A DNA stretch of 31,513 nt from a virus. Its lineage: Duplodnaviria > Caudoviricetes. The notes beneath the pieces were generated by a model that did no database searches, had not been told where the DNA came from, and saw nothing but the letters and a program-made list of their open reading frames with translations. Shown one piece after another: positions 9,121 through 17,279 of the stretch. The position numbers and the translations under genes were made by a program. The stretch is from positions 1-31,513 of IMG/VR virus record IMGVR_UViG_3300044724_004599; one strand, written 5' to 3'. The stretch's first letter is position 1. The number at the start of each line of letters is the position of its first letter.

Positions 9121-10286
9121 TATCTTCCTATTCTTTGATTAGCATATTGAAAAGAAATATCATACTTAAAGTTTTTTTGATCTTTTCTTCCTGTGTTTTC
9201 TATATAATTTGAGTTTGTTATAACTACTGGTTTCTGTAGAAATATATCATCAAACTGTTCTATAAGACTTGGTATGTCAAAAGCGTTAGATGTTGCTACA
9301 TACACGCTATCCGATTCAACTAACTGTTCTAACCATTGAGCCTCCTCCTTACTTAACCAATCCGTTGATATAGTATAAGTATCATTAACAGATGCATTAT
9401 ATTGTGTTTCTCCTCTCCTTTCAACATCATAAGCCCCTGTACCTGAATAGTCTACAAAGGTTTGTTCATAAGTATCTCTTGAAACATTAGTAGTTATTGT
9501 TGGTACATTATCTGTTTGATAGTTTTCCCAAACTCCATATCTGTTTATAAACATAAAGTTATATACAAGGTTCTCACAAGGGTACTTAAAACCTCTTGTT
9601 TGAGTATCACCGTTAAAGATATAAGTTAAACTTAAATCCTCTCCAAGAGCAAAAATAGACATATCAGTCACTCTTACTCTTTCATAAGCTACCGGCTGAG
9701 TATAAGGACCACCACCAAAACTATATGATTCTGTAACATGTAAAGTACCGCCCTGACCATTCCAAAAAGATAACATTCTGGTAGTAAGGACAAAGTCATC
9801 TACACCGTCGGGTCTATCTGATAATATAGCAGTCGAAGATGTTGGTATAAGTCCTCCTTCAAAGTTATAAGATACTCCATTATTCGGGTCAACATTACAA
9901 GGAAATACTTCCATATCATCTGTAGCTAAATCTGGATAAACAGTTATACTGCTTGACGGTGATGTACCGTACTCCTCTCCAAATTTTATAGTAAAAGCTT
10001 TCTTTTGAGGTGTTTGATTTAAGTAGTAACCATTATAAGGTTTTTGACTAAAGTCTGTATCGTATTCAACGTTATCATCTGTTATTCTTGATGGATCAAA
10101 TACTGCTTCAAGTTGTGGGTCCGGAAACTGAGTTATTCTACTAAGTTTATTAGAACCTCCTTGTAGGTAAACATCCATAATGTATCTAAACTGAGGATTA
10201 GTAGCGTTAGAACTTGATACATTATATACCAGGTTTGTTTTACTACAATTGGTAGGACTCGGTTGAGACTTAATTGTTATAGACAT
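9120..10286 (-). CDS. Tail structural protein, paralog A
   Basis: Tandem paralog of 8017..9120, coupled by TAATG overlaps. Confidence 0.65.
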   Translation of the reverse strand: MSITIKSQPSPTNCSKTNLVYNVSSSNATNPQFRYIMDVYLQGGSNKLSRITQFPDPQLEAVFDPSRITDDNVEYDTDFSQKPYNGYYLNQTPQKKAFTIKFGEEYGTSPSSSITVYPDLATDDMEVFPCNVDPNNGVSYNFEGGLIPTSSTAILSDRPDGVDDFVLTTRMLSFWNGQGGTLHVTESYSFGGGPYTQPVAYERVRVTDMSIFALGEDLSLTYIFNGDTQTRGFKYPCENLVYNFMFINRYGVWENYQTDNVPTITTNVSRDTYEQTFVDYSGTGAYDVERRGETQYNASVNDTYTISTDWLSKEEAQWLEQLVESDSVYVATSNAFDIPSLIEQFDDIFLQKPVVITNSNYIENTGRKDQKNFKYDISFQYANQRIGR

Positions 10287-10648
10287 TACCCTATTCTTTT
10301 ATATTTTTTAAGTACAGTACCGAACTTGTTATCTATCACCTTAAAAACCTCAGCAGGGATTTTTTCATCCATTTGTGATACCGTTTGGGCAAATGACTTT
10401 GCAATAAAAGGGTTAGGTGGTACTTTAGTTATACCTCTTGTTCTGTGACCTGAGTTTACAAACGTACCGTATAGGTTCATTTGAATTATAGGTATACCTG
10501 CTTCAATTTTTACTATACTATCTTTTAATGGATTATTATAAAGTTTTTCAGCAGCTTTACTTCTCGGTCTTTTACCAACCGGGGTAATCTTCTTCATATT
10601 GTTCACCCACTGTTGGACAAAGCTATTAATAATTCTATCTATCTTCAT
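10286..10648 (-). CDS. Tail completion/neck protein (HK97 gp10-like)
   Basis: Basic 120-aa protein with YGTFVNSG...PPNPFI. Position next to the tail terminator. Confidence 0.5.
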   Translation of the reverse strand: MKIDRIINSFVQQWVNNMKKITPVGKRPRSKAAEKLYNNPLKDSIVKIEAGIPIIQMNLYGTFVNSGHRTRGITKVPPNPFIAKSFAQTVSQMDEKIPAEVFKVIDNKFGTVLKKYKRIG

Positions 10649-11124
10649 TAGTTTTTAGGGAAGTCACAATAGTCCCACTTCCAAGGAGTTAAAATATCAA
10701 TTTGTGCTACCCATCCATATACTCTATCTTGGAATGCTTCATTAACCGGAGTTAAAGAGATCATATCAATACCGTAAACCTGTTGTCTATCGGCCGGTCC
10801 TTCTAAGAAGTAACTTATAAGATCGTATATATACATTTCAGTATTCGATAACACCTCTACTGGTGATTCATCTGATAGTTTAGGTACATCCATAGAGTAT
10901 AACTCAAATGTAAGGTTTCTTTCTTTATCTACCACACCAGTACTAACTATAGGTCTTAAATAAACATAAGGGTATAGTTTATTAACAGCATTAGCATCTA
11001 AAAAATCTAATGTACCGGTATCAAAAGAGTTTATAGCTAAATGCTCGTTACAGGCATTTGTAAACTGTTGAACTATCTCTTGATAGGTTATGTTATGTAA
11101 ACGGTTTGGTGAGTATAAAGTCAT
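10648..11124 (-). CDS. Tail terminator / head-tail joining protein
   Basis: Size, acidic composition, YPYVYL and FQDRVYGWV motifs, and gene position. Confidence 0.55.
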   Translation of the reverse strand: MTLYSPNRLHNITYQEIVQQFTNACNEHLAINSFDTGTLDFLDANAVNKLYPYVYLRPIVSTGVVDKERNLTFELYSMDVPKLSDESPVEVLSNTEMYIYDLISYFLEGPADRQQVYGIDMISLTPVNEAFQDRVYGWVAQIDILTPWKWDYCDFPKN

Positions 11125-11126
11125 TG

Positions 11127-11270
11127 TTATTTTCTTTTACCACCATTCTCCCAACTTTTTTTGTAAGCTGATTTCTTTTGTGGTTTTTTAGAACTATTTA
11201 ATTCTTTGTATTGTTTCATGTTGTAGATTAAACTACCAACAAGCAATACTATTACTATTATTGTATCCAT
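11127..11270 (-). CDS. Small single-TM protein (47 aa, not in ORF track)
   Basis: MDTIIVIVLLVGSLIYNMKQYKELNSSKKPQKKSAYKKSWENGGKRK. Fills the gap, with a TAATG overlap with the upstream gene. Confidence 0.6.
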   Translation of the reverse strand: MDTIIVIVLLVGSLIYNMKQYKELNSSKKPQKKSAYKKSWENGGKRK

Positions 11271-11476
11271 TATTTAATTTTTTCTACTATTGCTTTTTGT
11301 ATCTCAAGTCTTGCTGCTATACGGTTATCATCAAACCCTTTGACTCTTAAGTCTAAGATCATCTCTCTCTGTGTGTCTTCTATAACAGGTAATGTTATAT
11401 CGTCTGTTATTTTATCTATCTTAGAGACTAATTCTTCATTTCTTGATTCTATTGGATTTTTTTTCTTGTTTGCCAT
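11270..11476 (-). CDS. Hypothetical protein, possible HTH (68 aa)
   Basis: ILDLRVKGFDDNRIAARLEI resembles a helix-turn-helix. Tightly packed in the operon. Confidence 0.5.
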   Translation of the reverse strand: MANKKKNPIESRNEELVSKIDKITDDITLPVIEDTQREMILDLRVKGFDDNRIAARLEIQKAIVEKIK

Positions 11477-11477
11477 A

Positions 11478-11777
11478 TCATCTAATTTTGGTTCTTGACA
11501 TCTCTATTCTTTCTTTTCTCTGTCTTATCTCGTCGATGTCTTTTTGTATTTCTAAATAGTTTAAGACAGTAATAAAGTTCACGTCTGTTATAGACTTATC
11601 TCCGGTGATTGAAAGGATACCGGATTCAGATAATCGGTGAATGGTTGCCCACCACCCCCAGTGAGATGAGAAAGAGCTGTTAGTATCGTTGAATCTATCG
11701 TCTTCTTCTGTATCTTCTCCTCTAACAACGTCCCCGAATAAGCTGTATCGTTCATATAGAGACTTGCGGCTGCCAAA
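11478..11777 (-). CDS. -1 frameshift extension of tail assembly chaperone (gpGT-like C-terminal part)
   Basis: After the T9 run the -1 frame is open for 99 codons (FGSRKSLYERYSLF...FSSHWGWWATIHRL...VLNYLEIQKD...TKIR). It stops 1 nt before the next ATG. Confidence 0.8.
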   Translation of the reverse strand, partial: FGSRKSLYERYSLFGDVVRGEDTEEDDRFNDTNSSFSSHWGWWATIHRLSESGILSITGDKSITDVNFITVLNYLEIQKDIDEIRQRKERIEMSRTKIR

Positions 11778-12328
11778 AAAAAACTAAGAGCTCCAAGCAA
11801 TATATGTGAGGGAAAGTCATTCATTTCTTCCCATCTATCTTTTACAACCTCACTATCGTAGGTTTCTATTTCATAATAATCAAAAGGATTCTCAATACCT
11901 TTTTCAAATCCAATTCTTATACCTTGTTTAATCTGATACTCTAAAGAGTTAAATCTATTCTTTGTAATAGGTCTGTATAATATACTTGCTATTTTATTTA
12001 AGTTATTGTCTGCGTCTTTGAGATATTCTTCTAAATCTACAAAACAACCCAGATTCATTGAATGAATGTCTGAGTAACCGTACAGTTGTCCGTTAAACTC
12101 AATTAAGGGATGAAATTGTTCTTGGGGAAGGGCGAGTGCTTCTAAATCCTTACCCACTTGTCTTATTAAATCTACAGGATATTGTTTTACAGTAGAGATA
12201 GGTAAACCTATCATTGCCGATATAACGTTGATCATCTTACCAATATCATTACCATCATAGGTAGATATTTGTTTGAACATATCTACGGTTAGGTAATCGG
12301 GTAAGTGTATCTTGAAAGCTTTCTTCAT
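11588..12328 (-). CDS. Tail assembly chaperone (gpG-like)
   Basis: LGCFVDLE...ASILYRP...GALSFF motifs, with a slippery AGT TTT TTT TTG at 11774-11785. Confidence 0.7.
   Translation of the reverse strand: MKKAFKIHLPDYLTVDMFKQISTYDGNDIGKMINVISAMIGLPISTVKQYPVDLIRQVGKDLEALALPQEQFHPLIEFNGQLYGYSDIHSMNLGCFVDLEEYLKDADNNLNKIASILYRPITKNRFNSLEYQIKQGIRIGFEKGIENPFDYYEIETYDSEVVKDRWEEMNDFPSHILLGALSFFLAAASLYMNDTAYSGTLLEEKIQKKTIDSTILTALSHLTGGGGQPFTDYLNPVSFQSPEISL
11775..11783 (-). other. Programmed -1 ribosomal frameshift slippery site (T TTT TTT)
   Basis: Nine consecutive T on the coding strand, correctly phased as X XXY YYZ, followed by a long open -1 frame. Confidence 0.8.
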
Positions 12329-12334
12329 ATTTTA

Positions 12335-12341
12335 TAAATAG
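12335..12341 (-). promoter_or_regulatory. CTATTTA motif (6 nt before chaperone ATG)
   Basis: ACTATTTA-TAAAAT-ATG on the minus strand. Confidence 0.55.
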
Positions 12342-12359
12342 TTATAGAGGTTTAGGAAG

Positions 12360-13598
12360 TTACTTGGGTAATTCCATAGATTGTGTTTTTTGTTTTTGGT
12401 GTACTTTAAGATTGAACTTATTTCTTTTTATGAATTGGACACGCGAGAAATTGGATAACATCAAAGAGTCTATAAAGTCATCATGTTGACCGGGTAGATG
12501 GGTGAACGATAACTTACCGTTATTTGACATCTTGTAGGTATAGGAGGTAAACTCTTGGTGTAACTCGGGTAATAAATCAACGGTTGGTAACTCGATATTT
12601 AACGATTCTATATCACCGATTAGTTTACGTACCATCTCCATTTTATTATCTTGGGTGGTATTGAAGGCCTTAATCCTTGGAAAACTTGGTTTTATCAAAT
12701 CGTACATCGCCCGACCAATACCGTTTGTCTCAATGTATCCTCCTACGACAATAAACTTATTCATGATATTGATAAACCTCTTGGAGATACTTTGTATGCT
12801 ATCGTTGTTACAGTGATCCACATATCTTACCCGACCGGTAGTATCGATTAAAGTCAATACAGACTTGTCGTCTGTCAATCCGGTATCAATACCCACATAA
12901 ACTTCAGTTTTAGAAATATTAAAAGAGTTTACTACCGAAACTTTATCAATACCGATAAACACATCATTACCACTATCCACAAATTCGGCCTCGAATTCTT
13001 GTTTATAAACATCGGGTGGTAAAGATTTTTTAGCTTCCTCAATCAAGATAGGATTGATGAAAGGACATTCAGTTAGTGGAAATTTCATAGATACCACTTC
13101 CTTTTTATTATACCAATTGTAAAAGAAGTTCTTGCCTTTGGGGGTAGATACCATTAAACATTTTTTACCCTGGGGATTCAATGTAGGTAGAATAGCCGTA
13201 TTAAGGGCATGTTCTTTTATGAAGGCACATTCATCGATGATTAAATGGGTGAATCTAAATCCACGGACGTTGTCCGGGTTATCAGATGAAAGAAATTTTA
13301 ACTGGGACCCGTTCAGAAATTGAATAGTACCCTCCATACGGTTAGAGGTTACGATAGCTCCATCGGCGGTCTTGGTGATTTGGTCCATTATTGACTTACC
13401 CTGTCCGTAAATCGGGGTGATATACCCACCTTTCCTATTTGGTTTTTGTAATAACCAATACAGCATTAAATTGATACATAAAAGAGATTTACCTGATCCT
13501 CTGGGAGCACTAATGACTCCGAATAGATCTTCGGTATCACCAAAACGTTTTATAAACTCTTTTTGTAAGGAATAAGGCTTGAATAGGGTTATGTTCAT
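12360..13598 (-). CDS. terL: Terminase large subunit
   Basis: Walker A APRGSGKS, Walker B LIIDE, coupling motif STP, and nuclease motifs GIDTG and HDDFIDS. Confidence 0.95.
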   Translation of the reverse strand: MNITLFKPYSLQKEFIKRFGDTEDLFGVISAPRGSGKSLLCINLMLYWLLQKPNRKGGYITPIYGQGKSIMDQITKTADGAIVTSNRMEGTIQFLNGSQLKFLSSDNPDNVRGFRFTHLIIDECAFIKEHALNTAILPTLNPQGKKCLMVSTPKGKNFFYNWYNKKEVVSMKFPLTECPFINPILIEEAKKSLPPDVYKQEFEAEFVDSGNDVFIGIDKVSVVNSFNISKTEVYVGIDTGLTDDKSVLTLIDTTGRVRYVDHCNNDSIQSISKRFINIMNKFIVVGGYIETNGIGRAMYDLIKPSFPRIKAFNTTQDNKMEMVRKLIGDIESLNIELPTVDLLPELHQEFTSYTYKMSNNGKLSFTHLPGQHDDFIDSLMLSNFSRVQFIKRNKFNLKVHQKQKTQSMELPK

Positions 13599-14167
13599 AG
13601 TTTTTCAAATATTGTAATAACTCTAAAACGATGATTGGTAGATTTAACCATACCAATATAACCAACGGGCTTAAGCTCTATCTTTCTATATTGGGGTAAT
13701 ACTTGATCCAGCCATACCAGATGGCCACCTTTCTTTAATACTTTATATGCCTGTTTTAATACTGTATTTCTTTTAACCATTATAGTTCCATAATGATCAC
13801 AATCCTCTATACTGTATGGTGGATCGGATAATATTAAATCAAATTCTTCTTTGAAGTATTCTCCAAGCTTGTGGGCATCCCCTACTACGTCCGGTTCTCT
13901 GTCTGGGTTTATATCTATTCTTTTACCGGGTATAATGTCTGTATCTACCTTACCCGAGAACAGGTGTAAGACACTCTCTTTATCGGGGAATAACGCTTTA
14001 ATTCTTTTTAGGTAACCGGCCGGATATCCTCCATAATAGGTTGATTTAACCCTATAATTATTTCCCATCACCCATGTTCCACATATTCTTCCGTCTCCTC
14101 CTATAAAGGTAGCTTTTGGGTAGCCTAATGTTTGGTGGTAGTTATCTAATCTATCTTGTAACGTCAT
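13595..14167 (-). CDS. Small SAM-dependent amino-methyltransferase (DPPY), probably acting on DNA
   Basis: VLHLFSG (motif I-like), SDPPY (motif IV) and LKKGG. Confidence 0.7.
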   Translation of the reverse strand: MTLQDRLDNYHQTLGYPKATFIGGDGRICGTWVMGNNYRVKSTYYGGYPAGYLKRIKALFPDKESVLHLFSGKVDTDIIPGKRIDINPDREPDVVGDAHKLGEYFKEEFDLILSDPPYSIEDCDHYGTIMVKRNTVLKQAYKVLKKGGHLVWLDQVLPQYRKIELKPVGYIGMVKSTNHRFRVITIFEKL

Positions 14168-14476
14168 AATATATATTTATATAATTGCTTTTTTAACTCT
14201 TGTGACCATATCAATAAACAACAACCTTACAAAAACTTTTTAGAGGCCAACCCTTACCCCAAACCGGCACAATAAAGGTACGAACTAATCCCCCCAGTAA
14301 CAACTTATACCCATAGATTGTTGTTATAATATGTTTACCTACCATAAGAAAAAAAATCTTTGTTAGGGGTTGGAGGTTGTATAAACTGTTCATATATTTA
14401 GGTATAATGGGAGGACTATGGCTATGTTACCACCCCCCCTATTGCCCGAACGAGGCTTTAGCCGAGTGAGGGGTAC

Positions 14477-14938
14477 TTAATCTTCTTGAAAGCCTATAGT
14501 TATATTCTCTATCTGTCCTTTTATTAAATGCTTCTGTATATCATTGCCGGACATCTTCCATATCTGGTCTATAGTCTTACTCCTAACGTAATGGTTATCA
14601 CTACTGAGTCCTTGTCTTAATACATCTATGGCCGGTTCTATAAGGTTCTCCAGATTACCCCTCCACCCTTCTTCGTATTGTTCTTTAGCCGTTACCCAGT
14701 AGTTAAGGAATTGTGGTACACTTTTATCACCCCATTTCTCTTTACAGTAGTCAATCCATTCCCTTTGCAGGATTGGTTTCTCTGCCTTGTATCTTAATAA
14801 TATACATTCGTCTACCCTACGCTGTATCTCTACTTTGGTTAACCTACTATAGTCCGGTCTCTTACTGGTAGGACTCTCTGTAGTGAGTGTGTCACCTTCG
14901 AGCGCACTATTAACCTTATTTTCCTTACGTTTCTCCAT
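14477..14938 (-). CDS. Probable terminase small subunit
   Basis: 153 aa, helical, with a C-terminal strand-like ITIGF. Upstream of TerL and preceded by a CTATTTA motif at 14977-14983. Confidence 0.55.
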   Translation of the reverse strand: MEKRKENKVNSALEGDTLTTESPTSKRPDYSRLTKVEIQRRVDECILLRYKAEKPILQREWIDYCKEKWGDKSVPQFLNYWVTAKEQYEEGWRGNLENLIEPAIDVLRQGLSSDNHYVRSKTIDQIWKMSGNDIQKHLIKGQIENITIGFQED

Positions 14939-15110
14939 TGTTCAATATAATTGTGATATAATGTATCAGTTAGTTATAAATAGTCTATTAGAACCAATAA
15001 GTTACCTACCACTCCTACTACCCTCTTCCTTGCCTTTATTGTATGTATTAGTAATAATAATAAACCTAATATACCTAATATACTTATTACTGAGACTATA
15101 GTAGTTATTA

Positions 15111-15127
15111 CTCTTTGACTACTTCTT
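15111..15127. repeat. 17-bp direct repeat R, copy 1 (CTCTTTGACTACTTCTT), spanning the MTase stop
   Basis: Exact match to 16797-16813. Confidence 0.85.
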
Positions 15128-16771
15128 CTCCCAAGCCTTTATTCTCTTCTTAGCTATCTTTATGTAGTCTTTATTTAAGTCAATACCAACATACTCTCCT
15201 CCAAACTCTTTAACTGCCATACCAGTAGAACCAGAACCATTAAATGGATCTAATACCTTTCCTCCTTTTGGTGTTACCAATGTTACTAAGTATTTCATTA
15301 ACGCTACCGGTTTAACTGTAGGATGGTTATTGGTCTGTTTAATAGGTTCTTTAATAATAGTTCCATCACTACGTAGTTTACCTTCCATACCTTTATTGTA
15401 TTGAACGGTTTCTTTTGGTTGTAGATCTTCACACCCTACATTCCTTTCCTTTTTGCTTACTTTAGGACAATAGAAGTATTTAGATGCTCCTCCTGCTTGT
15501 GAACCTCCATCATTGTAACTAACGGAGATGTTTCTTTTTGATGCTTGAAAGGCAGCTATTGCATTGCTGTTATTTGTCTCTTGATCTATTTGAACAGGTT
15601 TTGCTTTTCTTTTAGGACCAGTTGATGTCTTTTCGTCTAACACCTTACCCTCTTCTTCGGACATAATAACGTTGGCTGGATATCTTCCTTCAGGTGTTTG
15701 TATTGGTTCATCAGCATCTTGTTTCTTAAACCCATATATGTTGTCACCACTACGTTTGTCTTCCGGAACTGTTTTATACCCTATAGAGTTACCTGCGAAA
15801 GTTTCTGTATCTGTAACCTCTACCCTCGTATCGTCTATGTTAATTGCTCCTACTCCATTCTTTATTACATTGTCTACGGTGGATCCTTTGAAAGGTTTTC
15901 TTGCCATTACTATAGGTTTGTGAGATGGTTTTAATCCTGTCTTACTATCTAATACCTTACCCTCTTCTTCGGACATAATAACGTTAGATGGGTATCTTCC
16001 TTGGGCTGGACCATTCTTTTCTACTACCTTATGGAACAATGAGTTTGTGTTATGTTCTTCTTTTAAGTTCTTTGCATAAGCTTTATAGTTTCTTTCATAC
16101 TCTATGTCTGTAACTTCTACTCTTGTATCGTCTACATTTATGGCACCTACTCCATTCTTTAGAACGTTATCTACTGTAGAACCCTTAAATGGTTTTCTTG
16201 CCATTACTATTGGTTCGTGTGCAGGTTTTAATCCTGTCTTCCATCCTGACCATTCGTTTAGTTTAGGAGGAAACTTGGCATTACATTTCTTAGTGCAGGT
16301 GTTAGATGGGGATGCTACATACTGATCGCATTCTACGCACTTTGGCGGGTTGTGTATCTTACCTATCTTTACAGAACGATCATCTTCTACTTCTTCGTGG
16401 TATATGTAAGGATTCAAGTTGATGTCTTTATTTTTCCTCTTCTCAATCAACTTACCCATATCTTGTCCTTTAGGAAAGCCTGATCCATATATCCACATAA
16501 TCTGGTCTCTTATTTCGAAACCTATATCCTCTATATTACTGGCCAATCTATGATACGTTCTTGCAGCACTAAACGCTAATAGATGTCCTCCTGGTTTTAA
16601 TACCCTTAGACATTCTCTCCATACCTCTATAGGTCCTGTATTATTATCCCAATCTTTACCTAAGAACTCTATGCCGTAAGGTGGATCTGTTACGATTGAA
16701 TCGAAATGATTATCAGGGTACTTCTTTAATACCTTACTGCTATCTCCTGTGTGTAATTTTATTTTATTCAT
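15119..16771 (-). CDS. DNA N6-adenine/N4-cytosine methyltransferase (beta-class) with internal tandem duplication
   Basis: TDPPY near the N-terminus, HPTVKP, and DPFNGSGST (motif I) near the C-terminus. Confidence 0.92.
   Translation of the reverse strand: MNKIKLHTGDSSKVLKKYPDNHFDSIVTDPPYGIEFLGKDWDNNTGPIEVWRECLRVLKPGGHLLAFSAARTYHRLASNIEDIGFEIRDQIMWIYGSGFPKGQDMGKLIEKRKNKDINLNPYIYHEEVEDDRSVKIGKIHNPPKCVECDQYVASPSNTCTKKCNAKFPPKLNEWSGWKTGLKPAHEPIVMARKPFKGSTVDNVLKNGVGAINVDDTRVEVTDIEYERNYKAYAKNLKEEHNTNSLFHKVVEKNGPAQGRYPSNVIMSEEEGKVLDSKTGLKPSHKPIVMARKPFKGSTVDNVIKNGVGAINIDDTRVEVTDTETFAGNSIGYKTVPEDKRSGDNIYGFKKQDADEPIQTPEGRYPANVIMSEEEGKVLDEKTSTGPKRKAKPVQIDQETNNSNAIAAFQASKRNISVSYNDGGSQAGGASKYFYCPKVSKKERNVGCEDLQPKETVQYNKGMEGKLRSDGTIIKEPIKQTNNHPTVKPVALMKYLVTLVTPKGGKVLDPFNGSGSTGMAVKEFGGEYVGIDLNKDYIKIAKKRIKAWEKK
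15635..16240 (-). repeat. In-frame tandem duplication inside the MTase (units 16240-15944 and 15943-15635)
   Basis: KTGLKP.H.PIVMARKPFKGSTVDNV.KNGVGAIN.DDTRVEVTD-[variable]-GRYP.NVIMSEEEGKVLD occurs twice. Confidence 0.95.
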
Positions 16772-16800
16772 TAAAGTTTTTTAAGTATTTTGTTACCTCT
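16755..16800. repeat. 46-bp direct repeat L, copy 1 (GNAT end / MTase start)
   Basis: 45/46 identical to 18233-18278. Confidence 0.95.
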
Positions 16801-17279
16801 TTGACTACTTCTTGCTTAACTCTTTTTAGGTCTCTTTTTGGAATAGGTAATAATTCCATTGTTGTTACGTTTGTATATGAGTAAGAAAGTCCTGTTTTAC
16901 TCTTACCCCACCACTTGTATCCTAACTTTTCATAAAACCCTATTGAAGGTAAATCTGCAAATAACCTTATGTTAGTGTAACCTCTTTTGTTCATCTCTTG
17001 GTAAATAAGATTTATTAGCTCTCTACCTACTCCTTGACCTCTATATTCTTCTAATGTAACTAAATGTCTCAGACAACAATACTTAGGATTACGTTTAGTA
17101 AATGTAATAAATGCAAATCCTTTATCTTGATAACTAATAACTTTAGTGTTGTCTTTATTCCAATTGTTCTCTACTCTCCAATCATATAATGCAGACTTAA
17201 GATGAGATTTAGATGACTCTCTTCCTTTATACCCTTGATCAATTCTTTGTTGTAGTATTTTTTCAAGATTTTCTTTCAT
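16764..17279 (-). CDS. GNAT family acyltransferase
   Basis: Acyl-CoA-binding motif A EEYRGQGVG and motif B GFYEKLGY. Confidence 0.88.
   Translation of the reverse strand: MKENLEKILQQRIDQGYKGRESSKSHLKSALYDWRVENNWNKDNTKVISYQDKGFAFITFTKRNPKYCCLRHLVTLEEYRGQGVGRELINLIYQEMNKRGYTNIRLFADLPSIGFYEKLGYKWWGKSKTGLSYSYTNVTTMELLPIPKRDLKRVKQEVVKEVTKYLKNFNE
16797..16813. repeat. 17-bp direct repeat R, copy 2, overlapping L by 4 bp
   Basis: Exact match to 15111-15127. Confidence 0.85.

Noticed and set aside
12333-12340. TATAAATA matching the T4 late promoter (also 14975-14982)
   Set aside because: It is on the plus strand, opposite to the genes. It is just the complement of the CTATTTA motif.
14211-14393. 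60-aa minus-strand ORF between TerS and the small MTase
   Set aside because: No motif and no coupling to neighbours, so it cannot be supported as a gene.
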